Below, piece after piece: positions 18,969-29,833 of a DNA stretch of 64,000 bases (positions are counted from its first letter, which is position 1; each line of letters starts with the position of its first letter). The DNA comes from Candidatus Zixiibacteriota bacterium. GTDB lineage: Bacteria; Zixibacteria; MSB-5A5; WJJR01. Below the pieces are notes generated by a model. It did no database searches. It had not been told where the DNA came from and was given only the letters and a program-made list of their open reading frames with translations. The DNA lies in assembly GCA_016235085.1 (NCBI GenBank), contig JACRMA010000137.1, forward strand, positions 11,106-75,105, read 5' to 3'. The translations under genes were made by a program, and so were the position numbers.

Positions 18969-20231
18969 TCAGGGAGTCAGAATCTTGGGGTTCAAAACCT
19001 GGGCTGCCTCGGTGACTTCCGCGTTGGCCACGATGAAGTCGTAAATCTTGTTCTCCAACAGGGTCTCGCGAATCTTTTCCTCTGATGGTTTCTCCTTGGC
19101 GTCGTCGGGCCATGTGGCCTGGATGTCCTTCACTTCCTGGTCCTGGACGGCGATTCCCTCTTTGCGCGCGATCTCAAAGACGATGTAGTCCCAGCGGAAT
19201 TGCTCGATGGCCAACGGCGAGAACTGATTACGAATCGCCTCCGGAGTCAGGGTCTTGTCCGCCTGCTGGAGCCGGGAGGTGACGCCTTCCAGATACTCGT
19301 CTAAGAAGCCCTGAGGCACATCGAATGGATTCGCCTCCACGATCTGCTGGCGAACCTGCCGGGCCAGGTCCTTGATGGCCGCGCTGTCGGCCCGCCGCCG
19401 CAAATCCGCCGCGACTTTCTCGCGAAGATCGGCGAGTGAGGTGAACGTCCCGAGCTTCTTGGCAAACTCATCATCGACCACCGGAAGCGTGCGCTGGGAG
19501 ACGGATTTCAGCCAGGTCCGGAAGAGGACGGTGTTGCCTCTCAGATCGGGGTCCCGCTCGTCATCCGGGTATTGCACTTCGATTTCCTTCCCCTCGCCGA
19601 CGGTCATGCCGAGAACACCCTTCAGGAATTCCGGACGGGCTCTTCCTTCGCGCAGATCAAGGCGCACGTTTTCGAATTTGTTCTTCTTCACCTGATTGCG
19701 TTTGTCATAGATCTTCTGGAGATCGCACACCACGATGTCTCCGGTCTGCGCCGGGCGGGTCACCTCGGTGAATGTCGAGGACATTTCCCGCAATTCCTCA
19801 ATCGCCGGATCGACGTCGTTGTCGGTGATCTGGTAGATGTGCTTTTGGAGCTTGAGTCCCTTGTAGCCGGTGATATCGACCTGGGGCCGGATTTCGACTT
19901 CAATGCTGAAGATCATGTCGGCACCACGCTCGAGCTTCACCTTGTCCAGTCGGGGTGAGCCGATCGCCGAGATTCCGAGCTGGCCCAATGCGGCTTCGTA
20001 CGCCTTTGGGATTATGTCTTCCAGGACATCCTGGCGGATTTCCGTGGCAAACCGTGCCGCCGCCATCGTAGCGGTCGCCTTGCCGGGCCGGAAGCCGGGG
20101 AATTTCGCGTCCTTCCGGTAGCGCTCCGTGAAGTTGTCAAATGTCGAATCAACCTCGGCAGCCGGAACGGTCACCTGAAAGGTCCTGGACCAGCCCTTTT
20201 CCGCGGTAATCGTTGCCTGGACATTCATCAT
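18969..20231 (-). CDS. tig: Trigger factor (ribosome-associated PPIase chaperone)
   Basis: N-terminal ribosome-binding region, FKBP-like middle and C-terminal arm. Start placed at MMNVQATIT; the upstream MVEIGGL probably reflects the RBS region. Confidence 0.8.
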   Translation of the reverse strand: MMNVQATITAEKGWSRTFQVTVPAAEVDSTFDNFTERYRKDAKFPGFRPGKATATMAAARFATEIRQDVLEDIIPKAYEAALGQLGISAIGSPRLDKVKLERGADMIFSIEVEIRPQVDITGYKGLKLQKHIYQITDNDVDPAIEELREMSSTFTEVTRPAQTGDIVVCDLQKIYDKRNQVKKNKFENVRLDLREGRARPEFLKGVLGMTVGEGKEIEVQYPDDERDPDLRGNTVLFRTWLKSVSQRTLPVVDDEFAKKLGTFTSLADLREKVAADLRRRADSAAIKDLARQVRQQIVEANPFDVPQGFLDEYLEGVTSRLQQADKTLTPEAIRNQFSPLAIEQFRWDYIVFEIARKEGIAVQDQEVKDIQATWPDDAKEKPSEEKIRETLLENKIYDFIVANAEVTEAAQVLNPKILTP

Positions 20232-20313
20232 CAATCCACCAATCTCCACCATACGTGACGGTGGACACGCAAGTTAGGCAAAACCAACAGTCTGTCACAG
20301 TCCTTTTCAAATG

Positions 20314-20395
20314 TGCGAAAGGGGGGATTTGAACCCCCATGGGTTGCCCCACTGGATCCTAAGTCCAGCGCGTCTGCCAATTCCGCCACTTTCGC
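20314..20395 (-). tRNA. tRNA-Leu (anticodon UAG), type II with a long variable arm; CCA not encoded
   Basis: Minus strand reads GCGAAAG TG GCGG AATTGGCAGAC GCG CTGGA CTTAGGA TCCAG TGGGGCAACCCAT GGGGG TTCAAAT CCCCC CTTTCGC A. A cloverleaf with a 7/7 acceptor, T-loop TTCAAAT and anticodon TAG. Confidence 0.85.
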
Positions 20396-20943
20396 ATCAG
20401 CCTGCCCCAGCCACGGCGCGCAAGCGATTGCGCCTCAACGCCGGACCGGGTTACCACGCGGACAAATATAGAGCGCGCCGGTGGCTGGGGCAAGGCGGAG
20501 GCACTCCTGCACCATGTATTCGCGTCCCATAGGTAGAGTATGGTTCTCAGGGGGCCTGCGGCCAGTGGCGGATGTGGTAAGTTCAGCCATTCGTCAATCT
20601 CTTGGATGGCATGGATACCTGCGTGGTCGAGAGCTATTCGGGGCCTGTTCCCATTGATTGCCGTGAAGTGCTTACGGCGTGCGACCCAAATAAGCATTGC
20701 AGTCTATCTGGGTTGACGGGACTTTGATTAGGTAGTATGTCCGAAGTCGCTCTGCTCTGCAACACACGTGTAGCTCTCGACTCAACCTCACCGCTGCCTC
20801 CGCCGGCCCTTCCTCCCATACGACACCGGCAGCGAATGTCACAAAACCTCAGCGGTTCACACGGGCGCTTGAAGCGGACATCGACAATCGTTACTTTGAC
20901 GGTGACAAAATTGGCAAGCTGACCAATGACCCTGGAGGAACAC

Positions 20944-21414
20944 ATGAAGGGGAACAGTCGAGTACTGAAGTCACTGAACGCGATGTTGGCGGATGAGCTG
21001 ACGGCCATCGGCCAGTACATGGTTCATTCCGAGATGTGCAACAACTGGCAATACGGACGTCTCCACAAGGCCATCGAGCAGCGCGCGATTCAAGAGATGA
21101 AGCACGCCGAGAAGCTCATTGCCCGAATTCTGTTTCTCGAGGGGACGCCGGTGGTCAGCCATCTCAATGAAATCCGGATTGGGCCGGACGTGGCCAAGCA
21201 GTTCGCGATCGACCGTGAAGCAGAGGTCGGGGCTGTCGCCGCGTACAACGCCGCCATCAAGCAAGCCGCTGAGCTTGGGGACAATGGCTCACGGGAGTTG
21301 TTGGAATCGATCCTTAAAGACGAAGAGGATCACCTCGACTGGATCGAAGCTCAGACGGACCAGATCCGCCAACTTGGGATCCAGATGTATCTGGCAGAAC
21401 AGATTCGCGAATGA
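20944..21414 (+). CDS. bfr: Bacterioferritin
   Basis: VLKSLNAMLADELTAIGQYMVHSEM...EDHLDWIEAQ with the ferroxidase ligands, 156 aa, GGAGGA RBS 6 nt before ATG 20944. Confidence 0.85.
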   Translation: MKGNSRVLKSLNAMLADELTAIGQYMVHSEMCNNWQYGRLHKAIEQRAIQEMKHAEKLIARILFLEGTPVVSHLNEIRIGPDVAKQFAIDREAEVGAVAAYNAAIKQAAELGDNGSRELLESILKDEEDHLDWIEAQTDQIRQLGIQMYLAEQIRE

Positions 21415-21786
21415 AGCGGCCTGGTGCTCAGCGGTTTGACGGGCCCTCTGCCCGCCCCGCCCTTTCGTAATACACCGGCCGCAAGCGCAGTGGCTATGGA
21501 ACAGTTGGCGTCGCCGGGGGGGCCGGAGGCACCAATTCCGCGCTACAGTCAGCCACAATTCCTGATGCGCCGGGCTCGAAGAACGGATACATTGGCGGCG
21601 TCAGTGCCTGGGCAGGATCCGTTGGCTGGTCGACGGAAGTCGCGGCATTGATGTCGTACCGTAGACGATCGGAGTCCGAGGCTGCCAGTCCCCGAATCCA
21701 ACACTGAGTCCACTGACCACCCAGAAGCGCTGCATCCGTCCCTGCACCCTTACGTCCGCCCCGACCTCCGCCGCAGCCTTCTGCAG

Positions 21787-22734
21787 GTGCTGGACACCGC
21801 AATCCCGTTGGCACTTCTGTGGATTGCCATGGTGTACAGCCTGAAGATCTCGTACTGGCTGACCCTGGCGTTGTCTGTCCCGGCGGCCGGGCTGGTGATC
21901 CGGCTGTTCATTATCGAGCATGACTGCGGGCACGGTTCGTTCTTTGCCAGTCAGCGGCTCAACAATGCGCTCGGCTTCATCATCGGGGTTCTGAGCCTCA
22001 CCCCCTATGATTACTGGCGGCGCACTCATTCCATCCATCATGCGACTTCGGGCAATCTGGACAGGCGCGAGTTTGGAGATGTCGCCACGTTGACGGTCGA
22101 GGAGTATCTCGCCCTCTCTCCGCTTGGCCGGTTCGGCTATCGCCTGTACCGCAACCCGCTCGTCCTGTTTGGCATAGGGCCGTGCTATCAATTCATTCTC
22201 AAGCATCGTCTGCCCCTGGATTTGCCGTTGTCGTGGCGGCGGGAATGGCGCAGCATCATGCTGACGAACTTGTGCCTGGCTGGATTGATTGTTGTCATGT
22301 CAGAGATTGTGGGCTTCACGACCTTCCTCAAGGTTCAACTCCCGATCACGCTCATTGCCGGATCGCTCGGCGTCTGGCTGTTCTATATCCAGCATCAATT
22401 CGAGGGCACCTACTGGCGACGGCAACCGGCCTGGAACTACCGCGACGCCAGTCTCCAGGGCAGCTCATATTACGTTCTGCCGAGCGTGCTGAACTGGTTC
22501 ACCGGCAACATCGGTCTCCACCACGTCCACCACTTGTGCAGCCGGATTCCGAACTACCGCCTGCAAGAGTGCCTCCGTGATAATGAGTACCTGCAGCATG
22601 TGCCCCGGCTGACCATCGCCGGCAGTATCCGGTACGCGCGACTGAAGCTTTGGGATGAGGAAGCAGGCCAGCTCATCGGCTTCCGTCAATTGACCAGGGC
22701 TCGCCGCAAAGCGGTGTCTCAGCCCCACGAGTAA
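21787..22734 (+). CDS. Membrane fatty-acid desaturase (DesA-like, di-iron His-box family)
   Basis: Three His boxes, HDCGH, HSIHHAT and HHVHH, with hydrophobic TM segments. Confidence 0.75.
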   Translation: MLDTAIPLALLWIAMVYSLKISYWLTLALSVPAAGLVIRLFIIEHDCGHGSFFASQRLNNALGFIIGVLSLTPYDYWRRTHSIHHATSGNLDRREFGDVATLTVEEYLALSPLGRFGYRLYRNPLVLFGIGPCYQFILKHRLPLDLPLSWRREWRSIMLTNLCLAGLIVVMSEIVGFTTFLKVQLPITLIAGSLGVWLFYIQHQFEGTYWRRQPAWNYRDASLQGSSYYVLPSVLNWFTGNIGLHHVHHLCSRIPNYRLQECLRDNEYLQHVPRLTIAGSIRYARLKLWDEEAGQLIGFRQLTRARRKAVSQPHE

Positions 22735-22843
22735 AATAGGCAGGCCTCGTAGCCGCTGCCGGCGTGGTCGAAATGATGCACGACTGGCAGCCAGCCAGAC
22801 GGCGAAGTTGCGAACGATCTCAGGTGGCGGTGCCAGTTTCCCG

Positions 22844-23452
22844 TCAGAGATCCGACGGTATCGGCAGAGACCTGGGATAGGCCATAGCCCCGGGAGCCAT
22901 GAAGGGCCGCTCGTACCACGGTTGCAGCGCCTCCATTGAGAAATACGGGTCATCGGAAAAACTCGCCGGGTCCACAAGGATCGGTGAGCCCTTTCCCCAG
23001 TCGTTCTGCGGTGCCGGTTTGACCTTCATCTCATCCAGAACGATCCAAAGTTGCTTATTCGGGCGGTTTTTCAAATGTCTCTGGATGGCATGCGCACCAT
23101 CGGGGAGGAGGTGGATTTCCCAGAGTTTGCCCATGCCGCCGGGAAGCGTTCTTTCGGTCACATAACGGACGTCGTTGGTGGTCACAACTTGGCGTTCTCC
23201 GTCGGTCACCGCAAACTGGCGTTCCATGGCGAACTGCCGGGCATCCGGCACCTGATCCGGGGGGCCGTAGTATTCCTTCAATTGTTCTTCAGCGGTTCCG
23301 CTGCCCAGGGCGGCACGAATCTGCAATTGGAATTTCACCGGCATGAATGGATACGCCAACGCGCACAGAATTCCGAAGATCACCAGCCGCAAAATGACCA
23401 TTCGCATGTTGATGGTATGCATTGTTCCCCCCCGGGCGCGCGCCCGCTTCAC
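22844..23452 (-). CDS. Hypothetical N-terminally membrane-anchored protein
   Basis: ORF with one TM/signal segment (MRMVILRLVIFGILCALAYPF); no recognisable motif. Confidence 0.4.
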   Translation of the reverse strand: MKRARARGGTMHTINMRMVILRLVIFGILCALAYPFMPVKFQLQIRAALGSGTAEEQLKEYYGPPDQVPDARQFAMERQFAVTDGERQVVTTNDVRYVTERTLPGGMGKLWEIHLLPDGAHAIQRHLKNRPNKQLWIVLDEMKVKPAPQNDWGKGSPILVDPASFSDDPYFSMEALQPWYERPFMAPGAMAYPRSLPIPSDL

Positions 23453-23568
23453 GATTCGCCTGATTCGGACAGCCTATACAATATAAATCGGACGCCCAAC
23501 CGTGAGGTTGAGCGTCCGTGCGATACGATAAAGAATGGAGGCCAGGCAGCAGAGGCCTGCGACATCCC

Positions 23569-24027
23569 CTACCGGATCAGAGTCATTTTGCGCAAGTCAG
23601 TGTGGCCGTCGGACTCAAGCAGGCAGAAGTAGGTGCCGGTTTGGACCACTGCACCGTTGTCGTCGGTCCCATCCCATGCCAGTGTCATCGTTCCGCCTTC
23701 GTTGCCGGCAAATGTGCGCACCGCCCGTCCTTGATTATCCTCGACCCTCACGATCCAATTTGATCCGCGTTTTACCGTGAACGCGATCACCGTTTGAGTC
23801 GAGAAAGGGTTGGGCATATTTTGAAACAGTCCGAACCGATCCGCATGCGCTTGAGCGACTGGTTTGTCTGGTGCCGAGTGTTGTTCCATTGATTCCGTCC
23901 ACTCTGGCTTTCCGGCTAAAGGATCGGATCCCGCAAAGCACCGATCCTTCGGCCTGGGAAGCATGCCTTGCTGAAGGGTGATACCCGCGTTTCGAGGTAT
24001 CGGTGAACTTTCTTCCCCCACGGCCAC
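23569..24027 (-). pseudogene. Orphan T9SS C-terminal sorting domain (Por_Secre_tail-like) ORF with no signal peptide or cargo domain; likely the remnant of a T9SS substrate gene
   Basis: The C-terminal ~80 aa, LFQNMPNPFSTQTVIAFTV...GTYFCLLESDGHTDLRKMTLIR, match the T9SS CTD pattern (N.PNPF...GxY). The N-terminal 70 aa have no signal peptide. Confidence 0.45.
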
Positions 24028-24447
24028 GATGGGCCAGGTGTCGCAGTCGGTTCATTCGGCAGTTCCTTTCAAGCGTCACAATGCACTCTCGTCGTGCTGC
24101 GAAACGGACGCACAGCAAAAAGCAGCGCCATTTCGCGGCTTCGTTTGGAGATGTGGGCGCCGGATCAAACTTTGGATCTGACGCTGTCACTCAATCACAA
24201 GGATTTCTTAGGCAACTCCCGGAGAGTTGGGTTCTCTCTCTGACCCAAGCTAACAAGTCGCAAAATTGCTGTCAAGTGGAAAATCGCTGCTTCTTCGTCT
24301 TGCTATTGGCTTCCCGGCACGCCAATCCGGAAATTGTCAACTGCCCATTTGGCAGCCCATCGAAGCCCTTGCCGCCATGAAATCGAAAGCGCATACTCGG
24401 GCGGCAAAATAATGTGGTTGAATCCCTGGTGCATGTCGGCGAGGTGA

Positions 24448-25836
24448 GTGATGACAGAAAAAAGCATATCCCGAATCTGGGCTGAGTTTGCCGCCCAACT
24501 GAAATATGACCAAATCGACGCGACCGCGGTCCACGCCGCCAAACGTTTCCTGCTGGATTCCTGCGGCTGCGCCCTCGGTGGATTCCACCATGAGGACGTT
24601 GCGATCATGGATCGCACCCTGGCCGAATTTGGCGGCAATCCTGAGGCCACCATCTGGTCATCCGGGAAGAAGTCCAGCGCGTATCACGCGGCACTGATCA
24701 ATTCGCTGGCGATCCGGGTCATGGACTACAACGACATCTACTGGGAAGCAGACCCGTCGCATCCATCCGACCTGATTCCGGCGGCAACATCGTGTGGTGA
24801 GCATTTCCATAAGTCGGGTGCCAACATCATTGCCGGGATTGTATTGGCCTATGAGCTCGAGATGCGCCTTTGCGAATTCGGCGTCCCCGGCATCCGCGAA
24901 CGGGGCTGGCATCACGCCTCACTGACGCAGATTGCTTCGCCGGTGGTAGCGGCGTACATGATGGGTTTGACCGTGGATCAAACCGTCAACGCGATTGGAA
25001 TCTCCACCTGCCACAATATGACAATGGGGGCAGTGGCCGCGGGGAAGCTGACCATGATGAAGAATACGGTCGATCCGATGGCCACAGCATCGGGCGTGAT
25101 GGCGGCACGCATGGCGCGCCACGGTTACATCGGCACCGAGCTGATCATGGAAGGGAAAGAGGGCTTCTGCCAGCTTCTCGGTCCATCGTGGGATATGGGA
25201 CGGCTGACCGATGGACTCGGCGAATCATGGCGCATTGTCCGGTGTGGATTCAAGGCGTTCCCGACCGAGGCCCTGACTCATTCTCCGATCTCGGCGGCGC
25301 TGCAACTGGTCAAAGAGCATGACATCAAGGCCGACGATGTCACCCATGTCAGAGTGCGCACCGTCGCGCGCGCCAAGGATATTCTCGCCGATCCGACGAA
25401 ATACCACCCCGAAACCAAGGAAACGGCGGATCATTCGCTGCCTTATGTGGTGGCGGCGGCCATCGCCGACCGGATGATCACACCGCAGCAATTCACTCCG
25501 GCACGAATCGCCGAGCCGAAGTTGCGTTCCCTATTCCCGAAAATCGAAGTGGTCGCCGACGCCGAGTTTGAACGCCAGTTCCCCGCCAAGAAATGCTCAG
25601 CCGTGGCGATCACGACCAAGGACGGCCGCACAGTGGAACAGCAGGTCGATTACCCGCGCGGCAATCCCAGCAATCCGATGACCGATGCCGACATCGAGGA
25701 AAAGTTCCGCGCCCTGACCTCCGAGGTCATGGACAAGTCGGCGCAGGACCGTGTCATCGAGGCGGTGAATTCACTGGAGCACGCGCCGGACTTAAGCAAG
25801 TTTCTGGCAGCGATGACGGTTGCGCACGGAAAGTGA
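24448..25836 (+). CDS. MmgE/PrpD-family protein (2-methylcitrate dehydratase-like)
   Basis: 462 aa; conserved regions LLDSCGCALGG, MDYNDIYWEADPSHP and GWHHAS are typical of PrpD/MmgE. Confidence 0.8.
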   Translation: MMTEKSISRIWAEFAAQLKYDQIDATAVHAAKRFLLDSCGCALGGFHHEDVAIMDRTLAEFGGNPEATIWSSGKKSSAYHAALINSLAIRVMDYNDIYWEADPSHPSDLIPAATSCGEHFHKSGANIIAGIVLAYELEMRLCEFGVPGIRERGWHHASLTQIASPVVAAYMMGLTVDQTVNAIGISTCHNMTMGAVAAGKLTMMKNTVDPMATASGVMAARMARHGYIGTELIMEGKEGFCQLLGPSWDMGRLTDGLGESWRIVRCGFKAFPTEALTHSPISAALQLVKEHDIKADDVTHVRVRTVARAKDILADPTKYHPETKETADHSLPYVVAAAIADRMITPQQFTPARIAEPKLRSLFPKIEVVADAEFERQFPAKKCSAVAITTKDGRTVEQQVDYPRGNPSNPMTDADIEEKFRALTSEVMDKSAQDRVIEAVNSLEHAPDLSKFLAAMTVAHGK

Positions 25837-25966
25837 ACTGTGCGCCACTGACCTTGGGACGTGTTGTGAAACACGAGGACGAGTCCGGCTACTGCAATCC
25901 GACAGAAGACTGGGATAACGCGCTGCTGCGGCAGGGATGTCGCTCCGCGGTCTTGCGGATTCGGCG

Positions 25967-28102
25967 CTATATGGAGATGAGATACTTTATCTTCGCAGCA
26001 AACACGCGGTGTTGGGGGTGATACCTGTTATCCTCACGAGTTTGCCAATCGTTGAAGGCTAGATAGATCCAGCTCCTTGGTGCAAAGTTGTACGAGCATG
26101 TCAGGCCGATCCGGAAGGACAACACCCCCTCGGTTTGGGTAACAGGGATTTCAGTATATAGGCCGGCGTTCATACCCTCTCGGATGGCGCAGCTTGCACC
26201 CACGCGGGAACGCCAAGTGATCTCTTCCGCGCGCCCGCGCGGATCACGTTCAACCCAAAGAGAGCCGTCAAACTCCAGTGATAATGGCTGTGACACCCGC
26301 CACGCCGAATACCAGTCGCCGTATTCACTCCGGGCGAAGAACTCGCGAAGATAATTGAACCCGAAACTGCTGTAGCATGACACGCTGAACCATGCCCTGC
26401 GTGACATGTCAGAAGAGAGGGAGAAACCCCACGCCCGCGGGTTGTAGTCACCGGTGGGTTCATACTCGCGACCAAGCTGCAGTGTCGCGGTGGCGCCCCA
26501 ATTGTTGCGAAACGAAGCTTCCACCTGAACCGCGTAGCTGTGCGAGTAGTGAGATTCGCCGAACTCGCGACTTGCTTCAGCGGCAAAGTATGCCCCTGCG
26601 TAGGCAATTACCCCAGTGTCCCTGATGAATGTCGGTCCTGCTGAGAGAGTGAACCTGTGCAGACCCGCCCACGGGACATAACCGATCTGGGAGACATTGA
26701 ACCGGTCACCGATGATCGCTGCGTATCCCTTCAGGGAAAACGCCCTGGGATGGAAGATGAAGAATGATTTGGCCGCCCAATCAGATTGGATACCGAACTC
26801 GCTACGCCCGATCTGCCCAGTGAGTTGGAAAGTACGTGTGGAAACGGTGCCATCCATGGATAGCACCGTGTTATCGAGTGAGTCGGTCAGTTTCCCGGCC
26901 GCAAGGATCGCGCCCGTGATCTGTGGGGCAAACTGATGTCCCCAACGGGCGACCCCGAAGGTTGCGCGCGGCTCGAATGCGGGGCCAATGAAACTTTGAT
27001 AATTCGCACTACCTGTGGCGGCGGCAAACGCCGCCAATTCGTCCCGGCCAAACTTGACCGTGGTTCTCAGACCAGCGTGGACCGGCACTTCCGTGCCATC
27101 GGGGAGTTTCCTTCCCACATTTCGTGAGTAAAACATCTCGAGCATCCCGGCCATTGCCCCGCCGGTGGATCTGAAGAACTCCTTGCCCTCGACAAAGAAC
27201 GACCGCTTCTCGGTAAAATACCGGTCATACCTGGACAAGTTTAGAGCATACGGATCTGCCTCGATCTGGGAGTAGTCGGGATTAAACGTCGATTGAAGCC
27301 GCCACGAGGAAGAGATGTTCCAGTTGATATCTGCCGCAGGGCGCAACGTTCTTGAGATGCCGCGGGTTCCTTTCTCCGTGCGAACGAATGCTTGCGGGTA
27401 GAGTTCCACGCGGTTGGCCCTCGCCGCGGGTCTGAGCTCGGTCAGATCCGCGAATCCCGAGACGCACAGTCCCTCGTTGATCCTGACGGGCACAGCATAT
27501 GACAACTCGCCGTTGACGGGGATTGCGCGTTCAATATTGAAACCCCAGGTGTCACCGCCACGAGGGTACCGGAGACTCGACCAGGGAATCCGCATTTCGA
27601 CCGAGTAACCGGTGGAGTCGCAGACTGCGGCAGACTGAAACACCGCATCCCAATCCGGATTGTGTTCTCGCCCGTCGGCTGAGACGACCTCATCTGCCTG
27701 AACGCTCGCGCAGCTAACCGTGAATCGGAATGCGTTACGCCGGTCACGATACGTGTCGAGGTAAACACTCACATAGTCTCCGTCCTTCCCGCCGCGAGGA
27801 CCGGGACGCCGGTCGGGCGACCGTCCGGGTGTGCCACAGCGAAACGCAAAGTAGATTCCGTCGGCTGCCTGTAGTACATAGGCGATACTCGGCTCAGATG
27901 AAGGCCTGCCTTCATTCGGCTGAAGTTGTGTGAAACTCGAAATCGAGTCGGCGGTTCGCCATCCATCCTCAAGCACTCCATCGATGATCGGCGGGACTGA
28001 TGTCCATACGACCGAAAGCCCACCAGCCCACGCGCGCCCCTGCAGAGAGATTCCGAGCGCGAGCATGAGAGCCACGATCCTAATCCGGGATTTTGAGGGC
28101 AT
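25967..28102 (-). CDS. DUF5916-family outer-membrane protein with an N-terminal CBM9-like domain and a C-terminal beta-barrel
   Basis: Signal peptide MPSKSRIRIVALMLALGISLQGRAWA; architecture and motifs as in Bacteroidota DUF5916 hydrolase-like OMPs. Last gene of the putative peptide operon. Confidence 0.55.
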   Translation of the reverse strand: MPSKSRIRIVALMLALGISLQGRAWAGGLSVVWTSVPPIIDGVLEDGWRTADSISSFTQLQPNEGRPSSEPSIAYVLQAADGIYFAFRCGTPGRSPDRRPGPRGGKDGDYVSVYLDTYRDRRNAFRFTVSCASVQADEVVSADGREHNPDWDAVFQSAAVCDSTGYSVEMRIPWSSLRYPRGGDTWGFNIERAIPVNGELSYAVPVRINEGLCVSGFADLTELRPAARANRVELYPQAFVRTEKGTRGISRTLRPAADINWNISSSWRLQSTFNPDYSQIEADPYALNLSRYDRYFTEKRSFFVEGKEFFRSTGGAMAGMLEMFYSRNVGRKLPDGTEVPVHAGLRTTVKFGRDELAAFAAATGSANYQSFIGPAFEPRATFGVARWGHQFAPQITGAILAAGKLTDSLDNTVLSMDGTVSTRTFQLTGQIGRSEFGIQSDWAAKSFFIFHPRAFSLKGYAAIIGDRFNVSQIGYVPWAGLHRFTLSAGPTFIRDTGVIAYAGAYFAAEASREFGESHYSHSYAVQVEASFRNNWGATATLQLGREYEPTGDYNPRAWGFSLSSDMSRRAWFSVSCYSSFGFNYLREFFARSEYGDWYSAWRVSQPLSLEFDGSLWVERDPRGRAEEITWRSRVGASCAIREGMNAGLYTEIPVTQTEGVLSFRIGLTCSYNFAPRSWIYLAFNDWQTREDNRYHPQHRVFAAKIKYLISI

Positions 28103-28637
28103 TGGATAAATCCTCCCAAAAGGCCGCTTGGTCCTGTGCTGTGAGCCGAGGCGGATCGGCCCAGAGCACATTCCCGGTCGAGGTGACCAAGAGCTTGAGT
28201 GGTGTCACTCGAAACGCCATGCTGTCCGTCAATCCGAACGTCGTATCGAGGTACGTTTCAACCGGAATCGGGACTTTTGTCTCCCATCTCCAGAATTCTG
28301 ATTGGGAAGGGCTCATTCCAATACTGTACACCGCAACGGGGGTCCGGTGGGCAACCTGTCCCCACAAAGCCCGCTCCTCCAGGCAGGGGGGACAGTCCGA
28401 CGGGGAGAACACGATCAGGAGGCTCCGCGACTTACGGGATATAAGTTCTTGAAGAGACGTAACTCGTCCCGATCGATCCGTGACGGAGACTGCGGGAACT
28501 GACTGCCTTGACAGGTAGTCATTAACGCTCTGAAGCCGTGAATGGGCGTGCTCGTGACTACTCATGAGTCTCCATGCCAGTAGCCCATTCAGGCCCACTA
28601 GCAGAAGGATGACGATCCTGTACCCGAGTGTGGTCAT
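28080..28637 (-). CDS. TlpA-like thiol-disulfide oxidoreductase (thioredoxin fold, membrane-anchored)
   Basis: N-terminal TM anchor and CxxC active site (SPSDCPPCLEE). Confidence 0.7.
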   Translation of the reverse strand: MTTLGYRIVILLLVGLNGLLAWRLMSSHEHAHSRLQSVNDYLSRQSVPAVSVTDRSGRVTSLQELISRKSRSLLIVFSPSDCPPCLEERALWGQVAHRTPVAVYSIGMSPSQSEFWRWETKVPIPVETYLDTTFGLTDSMAFRVTPLKLLVTSTGNVLWADPPRLTAQDQAAFWEDLSNALKIPD

Positions 28638-29833
28638 CGGCTTATGGCCCCAGTCAGGTGGGCCTTCAGAAGCCGGTCACCCGCAGCTGTCAAGAAGTAG
28701 ATATGGCCAGCACTATCAGCGCCAACCGGCCAGGCGTCGGAGGCAACTGTTGGTCCCAAAGCGGTTCCAGCTATGGAGAACACATCGATCAAGAAGGGTT
28801 TGTCTGTTTCCGCAACTCTGTCGTTCGCGAGCGTTGCTCGAAGCAGGTGGTCATCGCCGAAGCAGACAATTTTAATTGGACGAGTCCAGGATTCATGGAA
28901 TCCTGTCGGGACGACTTCGCGCTGGGATAGTGGCGATCTCAGTGCACGTGGAGAGACAAACCACGCGGCCGGGCCGCCAAATGCTCGGCGTTCCTGACCG
29001 GCACTGTCCCAGACATGAATTTCGGGATCGATGCTAAACGCCACAAACGCATAGCCCTTGCGATCGACATCGAGTACCGCCCTCACACCGGTCCAGAGAT
29101 TTCGCGCCAAAGCCGACGCCGGCGTGTACGCGAACGACTGCAGGCGAACTCCTGCCATCGAGTACACATTACAGTTGTGGCCGGCGTTAAGCGCTGTGCT
29201 GCGATCCAGGCGTAGATTCGCGCAGAGCAAGTTGCCATCCGGCGTCAGCCTCATCTCCGACGGGGCATCTTCATCATCTCCCAGGAGAAACGAACTTCTG
29301 AAGTTGCCGTCAGGCCCCATCACGATAACCCTGCGGGAACCGACGTCACTAACCAGGAGGCTGCCATCATGGCCAAAAGCCAGGGCGACCGGCGTGTTTA
29401 CTTCGTCTTGTTTTCGACCCTGCCGGACCACCGTCCGAATCGCAACTTCACCAACTGACGCCCCAACTGCCGGTCCGCCTTGCTCTCTGGCCCGGATCGG
29501 ATCACTGTGCTCAACCACTCGAAGGTACCTTGATCCATCGGGTCTCTCTATAACCTCCGTGGAGTCGGACCATGTAAACACAGTCTTCGCCGTGTGTGAA
29601 AGCGCCGTTGTCATAGCTCCGGCGGCAAGGTCATACGTGCGAACGTCATTGAATTCCGGATCGATGTAGGCCATTCGCGCACCGTCAGGGCTCACTGCGC
29701 AGAAACTCCAGTCGGTCGAGGCGTGACGACCCGTGACGCGCAGCGCCGCCGGAGTCTGAAATGCCGTATCAACTACGAATGCGCTGTCAAAAGGCGAGAT
29801 GGCGATTGCGGCCGCCAAGACTGTCATCATCAT
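28634..29833 (-). CDS. Secreted NHL-repeat 6-bladed beta-propeller protein
   Basis: NHL-like repeats (GHDGSLLVSDVGSRRVIVMGPDGNFRSSF); start at MMMTVLAAAIAIS (signal peptide) with RBS aggaga 8 nt upstream. Confidence 0.6.
   Translation of the reverse strand: MMMTVLAAAIAISPFDSAFVVDTAFQTPAALRVTGRHASTDWSFCAVSPDGARMAYIDPEFNDVRTYDLAAGAMTTALSHTAKTVFTWSDSTEVIERPDGSRYLRVVEHSDPIRAREQGGPAVGASVGEVAIRTVVRQGRKQDEVNTPVALAFGHDGSLLVSDVGSRRVIVMGPDGNFRSSFLLGDDEDAPSEMRLTPDGNLLCANLRLDRSTALNAGHNCNVYSMAGVRLQSFAYTPASALARNLWTGVRAVLDVDRKGYAFVAFSIDPEIHVWDSAGQERRAFGGPAAWFVSPRALRSPLSQREVVPTGFHESWTRPIKIVCFGDDHLLRATLANDRVAETDKPFLIDVFSIAGTALGPTVASDAWPVGADSAGHIYFLTAAGDRLLKAHLTGAISR

Noticed and set aside
23735-24380. ORFs of 151 and 125 aa between the T9SS-CTD remnant and prpD-like gene
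   Set aside because: No motifs, biased composition, and they overlap one another in different frames. This is likely non-coding or decayed sequence.
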